Below, piece after piece: positions 10,811 through 22,051 of a DNA stretch of 64,000 bases. The position numbers and the translations under genes are program-made. The notes beneath the pieces were generated by a model. It ran no database searches, was not told where the DNA came from, and was given only the letters and a program-made list of their open reading frames with translations. The stretch comes from Callorhinchus milii (taxonomy: Eukaryota): NCBI RefSeq assembly GCF_018977255.1, contig NW_024704765.1, forward strand, positions 4,402,001 through 4,466,000, read 5' to 3'. Numbering within the stretch: the stretch's first letter is position 1; each line of letters opens with the position of its first letter.

Positions 10811-13800
10811 GGTCAGCAGCACACACATGCATGCACACATCCATATGCTCAGGAATAGGAACCTTGGCTGATTTTGCCTCTCCCTAAGCCAAGGGGACTG
10901 AAGTCAGTTGTAGCCCTGGATGATATCTGCTAACTGAGTACTGATTCAAAACTGTGATTTAAACCTGGGATATTCTTAGCTTGCGTGCATCATCTATTCA
11001 TTCGTTCATTTATTCACTGGGTCACCAGAGCAACAGTTTATATTTGCAGGGGGTTGTGCAGTGTGAATGTAAAAATATTTCACATATAAATGCCAACAAA
11101 ATATACAGTCAATTCATTTTACAGTATATTATGTGAACTGCTTTTAGATGTGTCGAAGTTGTGATAAGGTGCTATATCAAATGCAAGGATTATTATTGTT
11201 ATTTCAATGATTGCAGTTAGTAGTTAAATTTAGGAAGTAACCACTGTAAAAACGTTCATATTTCACTCAAAAATCTCTTTCTTGATAAAACGCTATATTA
11301 AATGCAAGGATTATTATTGAGTCAAACTTTAATGTAATTCACTGGCAGAGCATATCAGAGAGTGGTTGCAGGTGTTCCAAGCAATAGAAAATACGATAAC
11401 GTTAGTAAATTTGGACTAAATTAGAGACAAAACAAATAAATTCTGTTTCGTTTGGACTTTTATGATCTTTTCAATATATTAATGGTGCAGAAATAAGCTT
11501 GGAGATGTACGTTTCGAAGAAGAAAGCAGAAAATTGTAAAGGGACATATTAAGTGATTGGGCAAATTTATGGCAGAAGGAGTTCAACATAGCAGGTACTT
11601 GATAAGAATGGATCTGAAATATAAAAAGAAGGAAGTGTTGCTGTAGCTATATAAAACACTGGTCACAACTCATTTTGTGTTTGGTTTTGAACACCTACCT
11701 TTGATAATTCCTGTGATGAAGATACTTAGCCTATGATGAGAGGTTGGGTCAACTAGGGTTATTCCCTGGTGGTGAGGAGGTAGAAGGGATGTGATTGAAG
11801 ATTTTAGTGTGAAATATTAGAAAGTGGCTTTCCCTGGGATACTCTGCAGACGCAGTGTTATAATTTCTCCTCAAAACTCTGAGACTGATTTTATTCAGTT
11901 TTGTGCCTCCTTTATTCCAGACACAAGAAAAACACAATCTTGTTTCTAGCGCTCAAATCTCAATAGAGGAGACACAACAACAACAACTTGCATTTCTATA
12001 GTGCCTTCATGTTTGTTTGTGGGACACTGCTGTGCGCAATTGGCTGCCGCGTTTCGCCCACAAAATATACAGTCAATTCACTTTTCAGTATATTGAAACA
12101 CTTTGAAGCGCTGAAATTGAAGTATTTCAGCGAAGCACTTTGAGACGTCTCAAAGAGATCAGAAGGCGCTATTGCAAGGATTGTTATTATTATTGTAGGG
12201 TGGTATCTTGGAGGGCTTTAAAGCCAGACAGGGAGCCAGGAGAGGAAAACTGTGAGGCAGATGACAGCACTTGCACAGGTCTGGAACCTTGGCAAGGAGT
12301 TCATCTCCACTGTTCTAATACGTGGAACGTGTTACATTTGTTTTATTTTGGGTTTTCATTTTCTGAGCAGTTGGCATTAAAGGGTTAAAATCAGGCACTG
12401 CCTTTGTGTCCTTCAAATGGAAATGTTCCTGGCCCTAATTACCCTCTGAGCACTGAGGGGCTGAGCTTTCTCAGGCTCTGGGAATTTCACATGACATTAA
12501 TATCCTGGGGTGTGAGCGACACACTTACTGTCCAGATGCTCCTCAAGGAAATAGGTTGCAACTGCCCACGATCCTGAGTCACAGCCCAGCACTAATTCCC
12601 CGTGTACTCAGCCACACGCCTTTTGTGTCTTGCCGACTGAAACAATTGACTGCAGTGTGGGAAACTGTGAACACACAGTCTTGTCATCTCTATTACCCAA
12701 GCCCTCTCTCTCTCTTTGCTATTCTCCTCTTGACTCCATCAAAAGTAAGTCTTGCTCTGCTAAACTTCCGTCCTGTGAGATAGTAGATGTTATTTACCTG
12801 GAATTTGGAAAGGCATTTGACACTGTTCCATCGACTACTGTAGAAGATTTTGCCTCCAAAGCCAGTCACTGTGCTTGACAGTAATCACTTGTCAAGCGCT
12901 TTAGGATTTTTGACATGATAAGGTGCTATAAAAATGTAAATTCAAAGGTTTAAAACAATGCCATAGGTCCATTAAACTGGTTCAGCAAATGGATGTTTTA
13001 TGTGCCACAGAGGGCAGTGCTGGGACCACAATTAGTTATAATTTAAAAAATTAATTGGCGAACTGGTATTCTGGCAATTGCATCTAAATTTCCAAATTGG
13101 AGACTATTTCAATGTGACAATCAGCTGCCGCATTTCATCCAGAAAATGTACAATCAATTCATTTTACAGTATATTCTGTGAAGCGCTTTGAGATGTCTCA
13201 ACGACGTGATAAGGCACTATATCAAATACAAGGATTATTATTATGATGATAATCAATGTGCACTAAACCAGAGGGATTTGGAGTAACTGAAGTTGTGGCT
13301 CTAAAGGTGACAGATGCAGTTTAACACAGAGACATGTAAAGTGATGGCATTGGGCAGATGAAAGGGCAGTGTGGAATACGTGTAAAATTGTGTCCACCCT
13401 GGTGAGATCACATTAGCTTGAATGTGAAACTACACTGTTTGAAGTCATTATTTGCAGTTTGGGCTTTCCTTATTTCAAAAAAGATGATTTGTAAGAGGGA
13501 TTGAGTTTAGCTGTGACACTCTGTCCATCTCCTTCCCATGACTCAGTTATGTAACCTCCAGACACTGTGCCAACTGAAATAATAAACCTTGCATTTGATA
13601 TAACCCCTTATAAAGTTTCGAAGCACTTCGCAGGATATGCTGTGAAGTGAATTGACTGTGTATTTTGTGGGTGAAATTACCATTCGAGATCAGGTACCAA
13701 AAGATGTCACAGGCAGCATAGGCGAGGATAGGAGAGAAATAGAGGAGGGAGTGATGCTTTCATAGAGAAAAGGAACAACATGGCAATTTTGATGTAACAT

Positions 13801-14497
13801 TTTATTAGGAAAAGGCAACAGCTCCGTAAAATATACAAAACCTTCTCATGAAAACACAACATACACAACACATCAATTACCTGATAATATTCGCTTTTAG
13901 TAACAAAGCTACAGAACTCACACATGGCGGAGAAATAACTTATTTTCACACTGTAAATTCACTGAACTTGAGACACTGTGTGTGTGATTATTTTGATTGT
14001 CACCCCCAAACACTGCTCAATTCCATAAATTTACCGTCAAGTGAAAAAAAAAATACCCATTCAACCTTCATCTTCCTTCCAATTACATTCCCAAGATTGA
14101 AATAATTTTATACATCACCAGAAAAGGAAATGATTACATCACATATTGATTTACAATCACAAGAAAGGACTTGCATGTGCACAATGCTTCAACAAATGAA
14201 AATGCTTCAAAACACTTTACTCCAATGACTACTGTAGTGACTGTGATGGAAAGCACAATTGTCAATATGACAAACCGTCATAAATAGTGTTATATTTACA
14301 ACACCATCAGATGTGATGGGAATGGGAATATTCCTTCACAATGAAGGGACATCAGTATTTCAGGCTCCTGAAATAACACACTGGGTGGAGCACACGTCGC
14401 CCACATAACAACAACAAATTACACTTGGACAGCGCCCTTCACGTCCGAAAGACGTCCCATAATGTTATGTTTACAGGCACTCCCGTGTACAGACATC

Positions 14498-15591
14498 TCA
14501 GCTCTGCCAGGGTCTCCAGAGAGCACGGACGCTGGGCTGGGAGCTGTGTGTGACGGAGCCCTGACAGGACTTGCTGCGCGGAGGGCAAACGGTGCAGTAA
14601 CGCGGCTCCTCGCCCGCTCCCTGTAACGGCTGCAGTAAGTTGCGAACGCCTGGTGTCCTGGTCTCTGGCAACGACAGAAAGTGCAGCGTCTTCTGCAGAC
14701 AGCGGGAGTAGCCGGCCTTATAGTCCCGCGGAGGGTGTGGCGTCGGGCAATCAGCGGCTGTGAGAGCGAAACAGCCAAACGTTATAATAACAATAATAAT
14801 CCTTACATTTGATACAGCGCCTTATCGTGTCTTTGAGACGTCTCAAAGCGCTTCGCAGAATATCCCGCAAAGTGAACCGACTGTGTGCTTTGAGGGCGAA
14901 ACCATGTATGTGCCTTTATGTATGAAGCTCCAGCTCTTTCACAGGGGAGTCGGTGTGTGCATCAGGCACTGGATGGTCAGTTAGCCTTCAGCTGCAATCA
15001 CACAGTGCGCGGTCAGTGCCGGCGGAGGCAACGTGTGGGAGACAGACACTCACCGAGCTCGGGGTTGCGTTGCAGGTAAGTGACTGCGCTCTCCAGGATG
15101 TCCGCCTTCTCCAGTTTGCAGTTTGCTCGTTCTTTCTGTAACTGTGTCCCAGTAACTGCTTCAGTTGGGCGATGCTCTGGTTGATGCGATCCCGTCGCCT
15201 CTTCTCCACCATCGGCTTCATCAGCTGCACAGACACACAGAGAAACAAAGACCGTCAGCAACTCTGACCCCCAACACAAGACACTCACTCGCAGCATTTA
15301 CACTCTTTATTAGGGACGCAATTGCCCCCCAACAGCTGTCAGACAGACGCCCAGAAACAAGACGCTGCGTAACGGTTACTGTTAAATGGCAATCAGACCG
15401 CCGGCTGTGCGGACGCACACAATGTCCTCGTTCCCTCCCGAACTGTTGTGGTCTCAAACGGAATCCGGTTGCAGTGGCTTCGCTGCCTCTCACTCACTCA
15501 CTCACTCACTTACTCTGCATTTCTCTGTGGCTGTCAGTGAGCCCTGACACCGGCCTCTGCTCAGATACTCCACACGGGCGCTGGGAGCCAT
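14498..15591 (-). pseudogene. hes5: HES5-like copy 3 (left palindrome arm) with a 1-bp frameshift in exon 2: young pseudogene or sequencing error
   Basis: Exons 15591-15514, 15224-15054 (171 nt vs 172 in copies 1 and 4; GGG instead of GGGG at ~15148-15150) and 14757-14498 ending WRPWQS*. Confidence 0.75.
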
Positions 15592-16254
15592 CGGTGCCAG
15601 TCTGGCCAGGAGCAGAGCAGGGAGCGGGTGTGGGTGGTGCTGCCCGGTGCGGGGCATTTAAAGCCCCTGTATTTAAAGCCCACCGTTAGCATCTGAGTGC
15701 GTGAGGCTCTGCCTTCCCACAGGTTCCCACACACTCGGCCGCCAATCGCAGCGTTCGACCTGCAAACAAAAGACGTGTGTCTGAGCCCCCGGGGGATTGG
15801 CACTGGGCTGTGACTCCTGACTGTGGGCAGCGGCTGCCCATTCCCTGAGGAGCATCTGCACAGTAAGTGTGTCTCTCACACCTCAACTTCTTACTGTCCT
15901 GGTGACACTCCCCAGAGCCTGGGAAAGGCACTGTGGCCACAAAGACACAACTTTTATTGCACAGAAGGATATCACTCTTCAAGGGGGTTTTATGTGTTGG
16001 GTTTGCTGATTGCCTAATATGTAGCCACTTTTAAAATGACCACTGTGTTTGATCTGATCTCCTGTTGAGACCTTTCAACATTTCCTTCACATTGTGCTTT
16101 GGTGCGAGGCTCCCTTGGAAGAAGACACAAGTTAAGACACATAGTATGGGTTCATAAATCACTTGGGAATTTAGAATTACCTTCGCATTTGGTATAACAC
16201 AGTTCATGTTGGGAGGATCTTCCACTCCAACTTAGATTTCCCCAGGTGAGGAGT

Positions 16255-16520
16255 TTGAACTCACATTTGGGGAGGCTGACACTCCAGTGCAGTGCTCGGG
16301 GGTGTTGCATTGTCAGAGATGCAATCCTTCGGATGAGACATTAATCTGAGATCCTGTCTGCCTCTGAAGGTGGATGTTAAAGATCCCATGACATTTTTTG
16401 AAAAAGAGAAGGGGGTTTCTCCTGGTCTCCTGGCCAACAATACCCCGAAATAAACTTGATCATTCACTTCATGGATATGTGTGAGATGTTACTGTGCAAC
16501 TGTTGGCGGCCTTCTTTGTC
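16255..16520 (+). mobile_element. DeuSINE-like fragment in the palindrome spacer
   Basis: GCATTGTCAGAGATGCAATCCTTCGGATGAGACATTAA..AAAGATCCCATG..GTCTCCTGGCCAAC, homologous to 47735-48165. Confidence 0.6.
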
Positions 16521-17209
16521 CACAAATAACAACAACAACAAATTGCACTTGCATAGCACCCTTCACATCGGAAACACGTCTCAGGGCGCTGGATAGTCAG
16601 GGTTGTCTGGACCCGAGCTGGAAACTAGGGTCAGGAGGGGTGGAGAGCATGGATGGGAGAGTGCCCGAAAACAGGGTCGAAGAGGAAGCGACGCAGTTGA
16701 AGAGGAAGGTCAAAAATACGGTATATCCTGTGGAGGATCCTCCCAACATGAACTGTGTTATACCAAATGCGAAGGTAATTCTAAATTCCCAAGTGATTTA
16801 TGAACCTATACTATGTGTCTTAACTTGTGTCTTCTTCCAAGGGAGCCTCGCACCAAAGCACAATGTGAAGGAAATGTTGAAAAGGTCTCAACAGGAGATC
16901 AGATCAAACACAGTGGTCATTTTAAAAGTGGCTACATATTAGGCAATCAGCAAACCCAACACATAAAACCCCTTTGAAGAGTGATATCCTTCTGTGCAAT
17001 AAAAGTTGTGTCTTTGTGGCCACAGTGCCTTTCCCAGGCTCTGGGGAGTGTCACCAGGACAGTAAGAAGTTGAGGTGTGAGAGACACACTTACTGTGCAG
17101 ATGCTCCTCAGGGAATGGGCAGCCGCTGCCCACAGTCAGGAGTCACAGCCCAGTGCCAATCCCCCGGGGGCTCAGACACACGTCTTTTGTTTGCAGGTCG
17201 AACGCTGCG

Positions 17210-17300
17210 ATTGGCGGCCGAGTGTGTGGGAACCTGTGGGAAGGCAGAGCCTCACGCACTCAGATGCTAACGGTGGGCTTTAAATACAGGGGCTTTAAAT
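17210..17300 (+). promoter_or_regulatory. Proximal promoter of hes5-like copy 4 (mirror for copy 3 at ~15655-15746)
   Basis: ATTGG, TGTGGGAA 17225-17232 and 17235-17242, GCCTCACG 17249-17256, TTTAAATA at ~17279. Confidence 0.75.
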
Positions 17301-17364
17301 GCCCCGCACCGGGCAGCACCACCCACACTCGCTCCCTGCTCTGCTCCTGGCCAGACTGGCACCG

Positions 17365-18471
17365 ATGGCTCCCAGCGCCCGTGTGGAGTATCTGAGCAGA
17401 GGCCGGTGTCAGGGCTCACTGACAGCCACAGAGAAATGCAGAGTAAGTGAGTGAGTAAGTGAGTGAGTGAGTGAGTGAGAGGCAGCGAAGCCACTGCAAC
17501 CGGATTCCGTTTGAGACCACAACAGTTCGGGAGGGAACGAGGACATTGTGTGCGTCCGCACAGCCGGCGGTCTGATTGCCATTTAACAGTAACCGTTACG
17601 CAGCGTCTTGTTTCTGGGCGTCTGTCTGACAGCTGTTGGGGGGCAATTGCGTCCCTAATAAAGAGTGTAAATGCTGCGAGTGAGTGTCTTGTGTTGGGGG
17701 TCAGAGTTGCTGACGGTCTTTGTTTCTCTGTGTGTCTGTGCAGCTGATGAAGCCGATGGTGGAGAAGAGGCGACGGGATCGCATCAACCAGAGCATCGCC
17801 CAACTGAAGCAGTTACTGGGGACACAGTTACAGAAAGAACGAGCAAACTGCAAACTGGAGAAGGCGGACATCCTGGAGAGCGCAGTCACTTACCTGCAAC
17901 GCAACCCCGAGCTCGGTGAGTGTCTGTCTCCCACACGTTGCCTCCGCCGGCACTGACCGCGCACTGTGTGATTGCAGCTGAAGGCTAACTGACCATCCAG
18001 TGCCTGATGCACACACCGACTCCCCTGTGAAAGAGCTGGAGCTTCATACATAAAGGCACATACATGGTTTCGCCCTCAAAGCACACAGTCGGTTCACTTT
18101 GCGGGATATTCTGCGAAGCGCTTTGAGACGTCTCAAAGACACGATAAGGCGCTGTATCAAATGTAAGGATTATTATTGTTATTATAACGTTTGGCTGTTT
18201 CGCTCTCACAGCCGCTGATTGCCCGACGCCACACCCTCCGCGGGACTATAAGGCCGGCTACTCCCGCTGTCTGCAGAAGACGCTGCACTTTCTGTCGTTG
18301 CCAGAGACCAGGACACCAGGCGTTCGCAACTTACTGCAGCCGTTACAGGGAGCGGGCGAGGAGCCACGTTACTGCACCGTTTGCCCTCCGCGCACCAAGT
18401 CCTGTCAGGGCTCCGTCACACACAGCTCCCAGCCCAGCGTCCGTGCTCTCTGGAGACCCTGGCAGAGCTGA
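17365..18471 (+). CDS. hes5: HES5-like copy 4 (right palindrome arm, intact, 169 aa)
   Basis: Exons 17365-17442, 17744-17915 and 18212-18471. bHLH LMKPMVEKRRRDRINQSIAQLKQLL...KLEKADILESAVTYL, Orange domain, LWRPWQS*. Canonical splice sites. Confidence 0.88.
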
Positions 18472-20932
18472 GATGTCTGTACACGGGAGTGCCTGTAAAC
18501 ATAACATTATGGGACGTCTTTCGGACGTGAAGGGCGCTGTCCAAGTGTAATTGTTGTTGTTATGTGGGCGACGTGTGCTCCACCCAGTGTGTTATTTCAG
18601 GAGCCTGAAATACTGATGTCCCTTCATTGTGAAGGAATATTCCCATTCCCATCACATCTGATGGTTGTAAATATAACACTATTTATGACGGTTTGTCACA
18701 TTGACCCTTGCAAAGCTGAGCAGACCTCTGTCTCCTCATACTTCAACCTCCATTCCCTCATCAGAGAGTGGAGTGGGTACAGGCCAATGTTATAACTTCA
18801 CAGTGAAGATTTGATGGGCTTTATCACAAGTTCCTGATTTTTTTTTGTAAAATTATGCTTTTTAAGCTTTCAATATTTGAAAGTTTTAGTAAATTTAAAT
18901 ATTGGGTCCTGTCGGTGAGCTGAGAGAACAAACGACTCACATCCCACTAATACCTCCAACTTTTGGTCAGATCATGTATCAGCTCAACTGGTGGCATCCC
19001 ATGATATTTGACAACAGAGGCCATCACAGCCCTGATCCCGTCTGTCCTCACTCTATGTCCACCTGACTGTGGTAGTCCAGTTCCTGAGTCAGGCAGGTTG
19101 GTGGTACCCCAGGGCACTGCTGATGACAGACCAGCAAATCTGGCTCAACAGCAGGACTTGGCTGGGCAGACTCGTCACTGAAAGTAGGGATTCTGCCCAC
19201 TTAACTCCTGTTAACCCTGCAAGCAAAAGCCAAGGGTGGTCCTAGCAGGGGAAGTAGTGGGAAGTTTGCCAGACGGTGCTCTCGAAGGCATTCTTTGCTT
19301 TCATAGCTGGTTAAACTCCAGCAGTTCCCTAACGCATACTCTGGGATCCTCATTCAGGCATCTCATTAGACATTTTTGATCCTGGTGTAATCAAATGAAG
19401 AATCATGTTTAAAATGTGAGACATTGTATTCCTTCATAGTGAAGGGGATTTAGAATCTTTTATTGTGAAAAGACGTTGTAATCTTATATTTTGATGTTAG
19501 CTCTGCGCTGAGCATTGTTCTGGCAGATGTGTCTGTCCCAATCTTGCAACGGGGAAGGTGCGGGTTGCTCTCTGCTGTGAGAGATTGTCACTGGAGAGCA
19601 GTGATGAGGGGCTCACATCAATCCACCATTGTGGAGTTCCACAGTCTACAATTTATTCTGTACTGTGTTTGCACGTTTGTCATAATAAAACGTATACCAA
19701 ATCTCTCTTCTTTATGGTTCAATTGCTCTGCTTGCTGTGAAGGCTGTTCCAAATATAGTGCATTACTGAGTACCTTAAAGTCCAACAACCGTCCCTACGA
19801 ATGGGTTACTGTTGAGTCAGATGTACCCTTTGCTGCATGTAACCCGTGCTATAGCTGTCCTGGGAGTGCTGTGTAAGACAGTGGGGAGGTTTTCTGTATG
19901 TAACGCACGTTATACAGTGGTTGAATTGGGAGATGCTGGTTGAGAATATAGGATGTAAAAGCTGTGAAACAAAGTCCCATTTCTTCAGTAATTACCGTCC
20001 TGAGGGAATCAATGGCTTCAGACCATTGATGTAATAGATGTATCATTCGCATCCGACATGTTATTTCCCGCCCGAAACCAGCAGAAGGCGCCAGAAGATA
20101 ACTAACAGCCAATGCCAAAAAAAAGCCACGAGAGACTTTCGAGATTTTAAGTTAATTCCTCACATAATAATCCTTGCATTTGACACACCTTCAAGACGTC
20201 TTAAAGTGCTTCGCAGAACATACCGTAAAGTGAATTGACTTGTGCATTCTGTGGGCGAAACCCGGCAGTCGATCGCGCACAGCAGCGTCCCACAAGGTCA
20301 CGGGAGTGAGCGACCAAATTATTATTATTATTAATGATTATTTTTTAATTTAACTGTACCACTCCACACGATAAGGCGTCTCCCATTTGTGTTACCCAGC
20401 TTCCTTATTAAGCAAGCTCCTTAAGTTTGCGCGGAAATGGTGGCACAATTTTTCCTCCCACTTGGTGATGGGTTTCCACTCGGTGATGGGCGTCACCTTG
20501 GCTGACACCAAAAAAAAAACAGTGCAGTTGGGGGCCCTGACCCCGGGGTCGGAGGAGAAAAGTCGGCCGGGATTTGGTGCCCCCGATCCGGAGAGCGAGC
20601 TCCCGCTGGACGATCCGTTGGGGCTGTGATACCAGGGTCAAACGTACCGGTGACGCTCACTGTTAAAGCTCAAACGAGGATCTGGGCCACTTGGGTGAGG
20701 TCCTGGGAGGCCACACTGGGAGGAGGGAACACTTTTCGGTGGGGGGGGGGGGGGGATGGGGAGAGGGACGGGGAGGGATGGGGAGAGGGACGGGGAGAGG
20801 GACGGGACGGAGGGAGGGATGGGGGGGGAGAGAAAAGCGCAAGAGAAAAAGGCTCTTAAAAATATTTGCAAACTATTATTGCTTTATTACCAATAGGAGA
20901 CATAAAAGTAAATGGACTCAAAAATTCTCCCC

Positions 20933-21860
20933 CGGTGCCAGTCTTAATGCCAGGCTCAGCTGCAAGTTCCTAATGCCAGGCTCAGGTGCCAGTCCCTGAT
21001 GTCAGGCTCAGGTGCCAGTCTTTACGCCAGGCTTGGGTAGGTGCCAGCCATGATGCCAGGCTCAGATGTCAGTCCCAGTCTCAATGCCAAGCTCAGATCG
21101 GTTACCAGCCCTGGTGCCAGGCTCAGGTGCCAGTCTCAATGTCAGGCTCAGATAGGTGCCAGCCATGATGCCAGGCTCAGGTGCCAGTCCCGATGCCAGG
21201 CTCAGGTGCCAGTCCCGATGCCAGGCTCAGGTGCCAGTCCCGATGCCAGGCTCAGGTGCCAGCCCTGGTGCCAGGCTCAGGTGCCACCCCTGATGCCAGG
21301 CTCCGGTTCCAGTCCCGATGCCAGGCTCGAGTAGGTGCCACCCCCGATGCCAGGCTCAGGTAGGTGCCAGCCCTGGTGCCAGGCTCAGGTGCCAGCCCTG
21401 GTGCCAAGCTCAGGTGCCAGCCCTGGTGCCAGGCTCAGGTGCCAGCCCTGGTGCCAGGCTCAGGTGCCACCCCTGATGCCAGGCTCCGGTTCCAGTCCCG
21501 ATGCCAGGCTCGAGTAGGTGCCACCCCCGATGCCAGGCTCAGGTAGGTGCCAGCCCTGGTGCCAGGCTCAGGTGCCAGCCCTGGTGCCAAGCTCAGGTGC
21601 CAGCCCTGGTGCCAGGCTCAGGTGCCAGCCCTGGTGCCAGCCCCGATGCCACCCCTGGTGCCAGGCTCAGGTAGGTGCCAGCCCTGGTGCCAGCCCCGAT
21701 GCCAGGCTCAGGTAGGTGCCAGCCCTGGTGCCAGGCTCAGGTGGCAGCCCTGGTGCCAGGCTCAGGTAGGTGCCAGCCCTGGTGCCACCCCCGATGCCAG
21801 GCTCAGGTAGGTGCCAGCCCTGGTGCCAGCCCCGATGCCAGTTCCCGGTGTGAGGCTCAG
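20933..21860. repeat. GC-rich minisatellite (TGCCAGGCTCAGG/TGCCAGCCCTGG variants) upstream of ICMT
   Basis: Many ~12-13 nt subunits forming 25/29-nt units, with a 183-bp higher-order duplication (identical ORFs at 21335 and 21518). Confidence 0.9.
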
Positions 21861-22051
21861 TGCTGGTGCCGGGCGGGGCGGGTCTGGTCTGGTGTGCTGT
21901 GGTCCTGCAGCGGCTCCTCCTCGGGCCCGGCTCCGGCTCCGGCTCCGGCTCTCCCGCTGCTGCTGCCCCGGGTCCCCGGGTCCTGTCCCCCCCCTCTCCC
22001 CCCTCTCTCCCCGCCCCCCGGGGCTCAGGCTCGGGGCCGCGGCTCTGGCTG

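Larger units (their letters stand above)
14261..18705. repeat. Large inverted duplication (palindrome): arms 14261-16225 and 16730-18705, ~500 bp spacer
   Basis: The arms are reverse complements with few differences, and the ORF track shows mirrored identical ORFs (e.g. 15686-15982 '-' and 16974-17270 '+'). Confidence 0.95.

Noticed and set aside
16481-16942. 153-aa ORF across the palindrome spacer
   Set aside because: GTG start, built from SINE/L2 fragments plus arm sequence; the mirror arm differs by a frameshift.
20933-21860. CRISPR-like regular repeats
   Set aside because: No unique spacers, no cas genes, vertebrate context.
21860-22051. In-frame upstream extension of ICMT from a GTG
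   Set aside because: GC-rich sequence lacks stops by chance, and ATG 22052 (MAG..) matches the known ICMT start.
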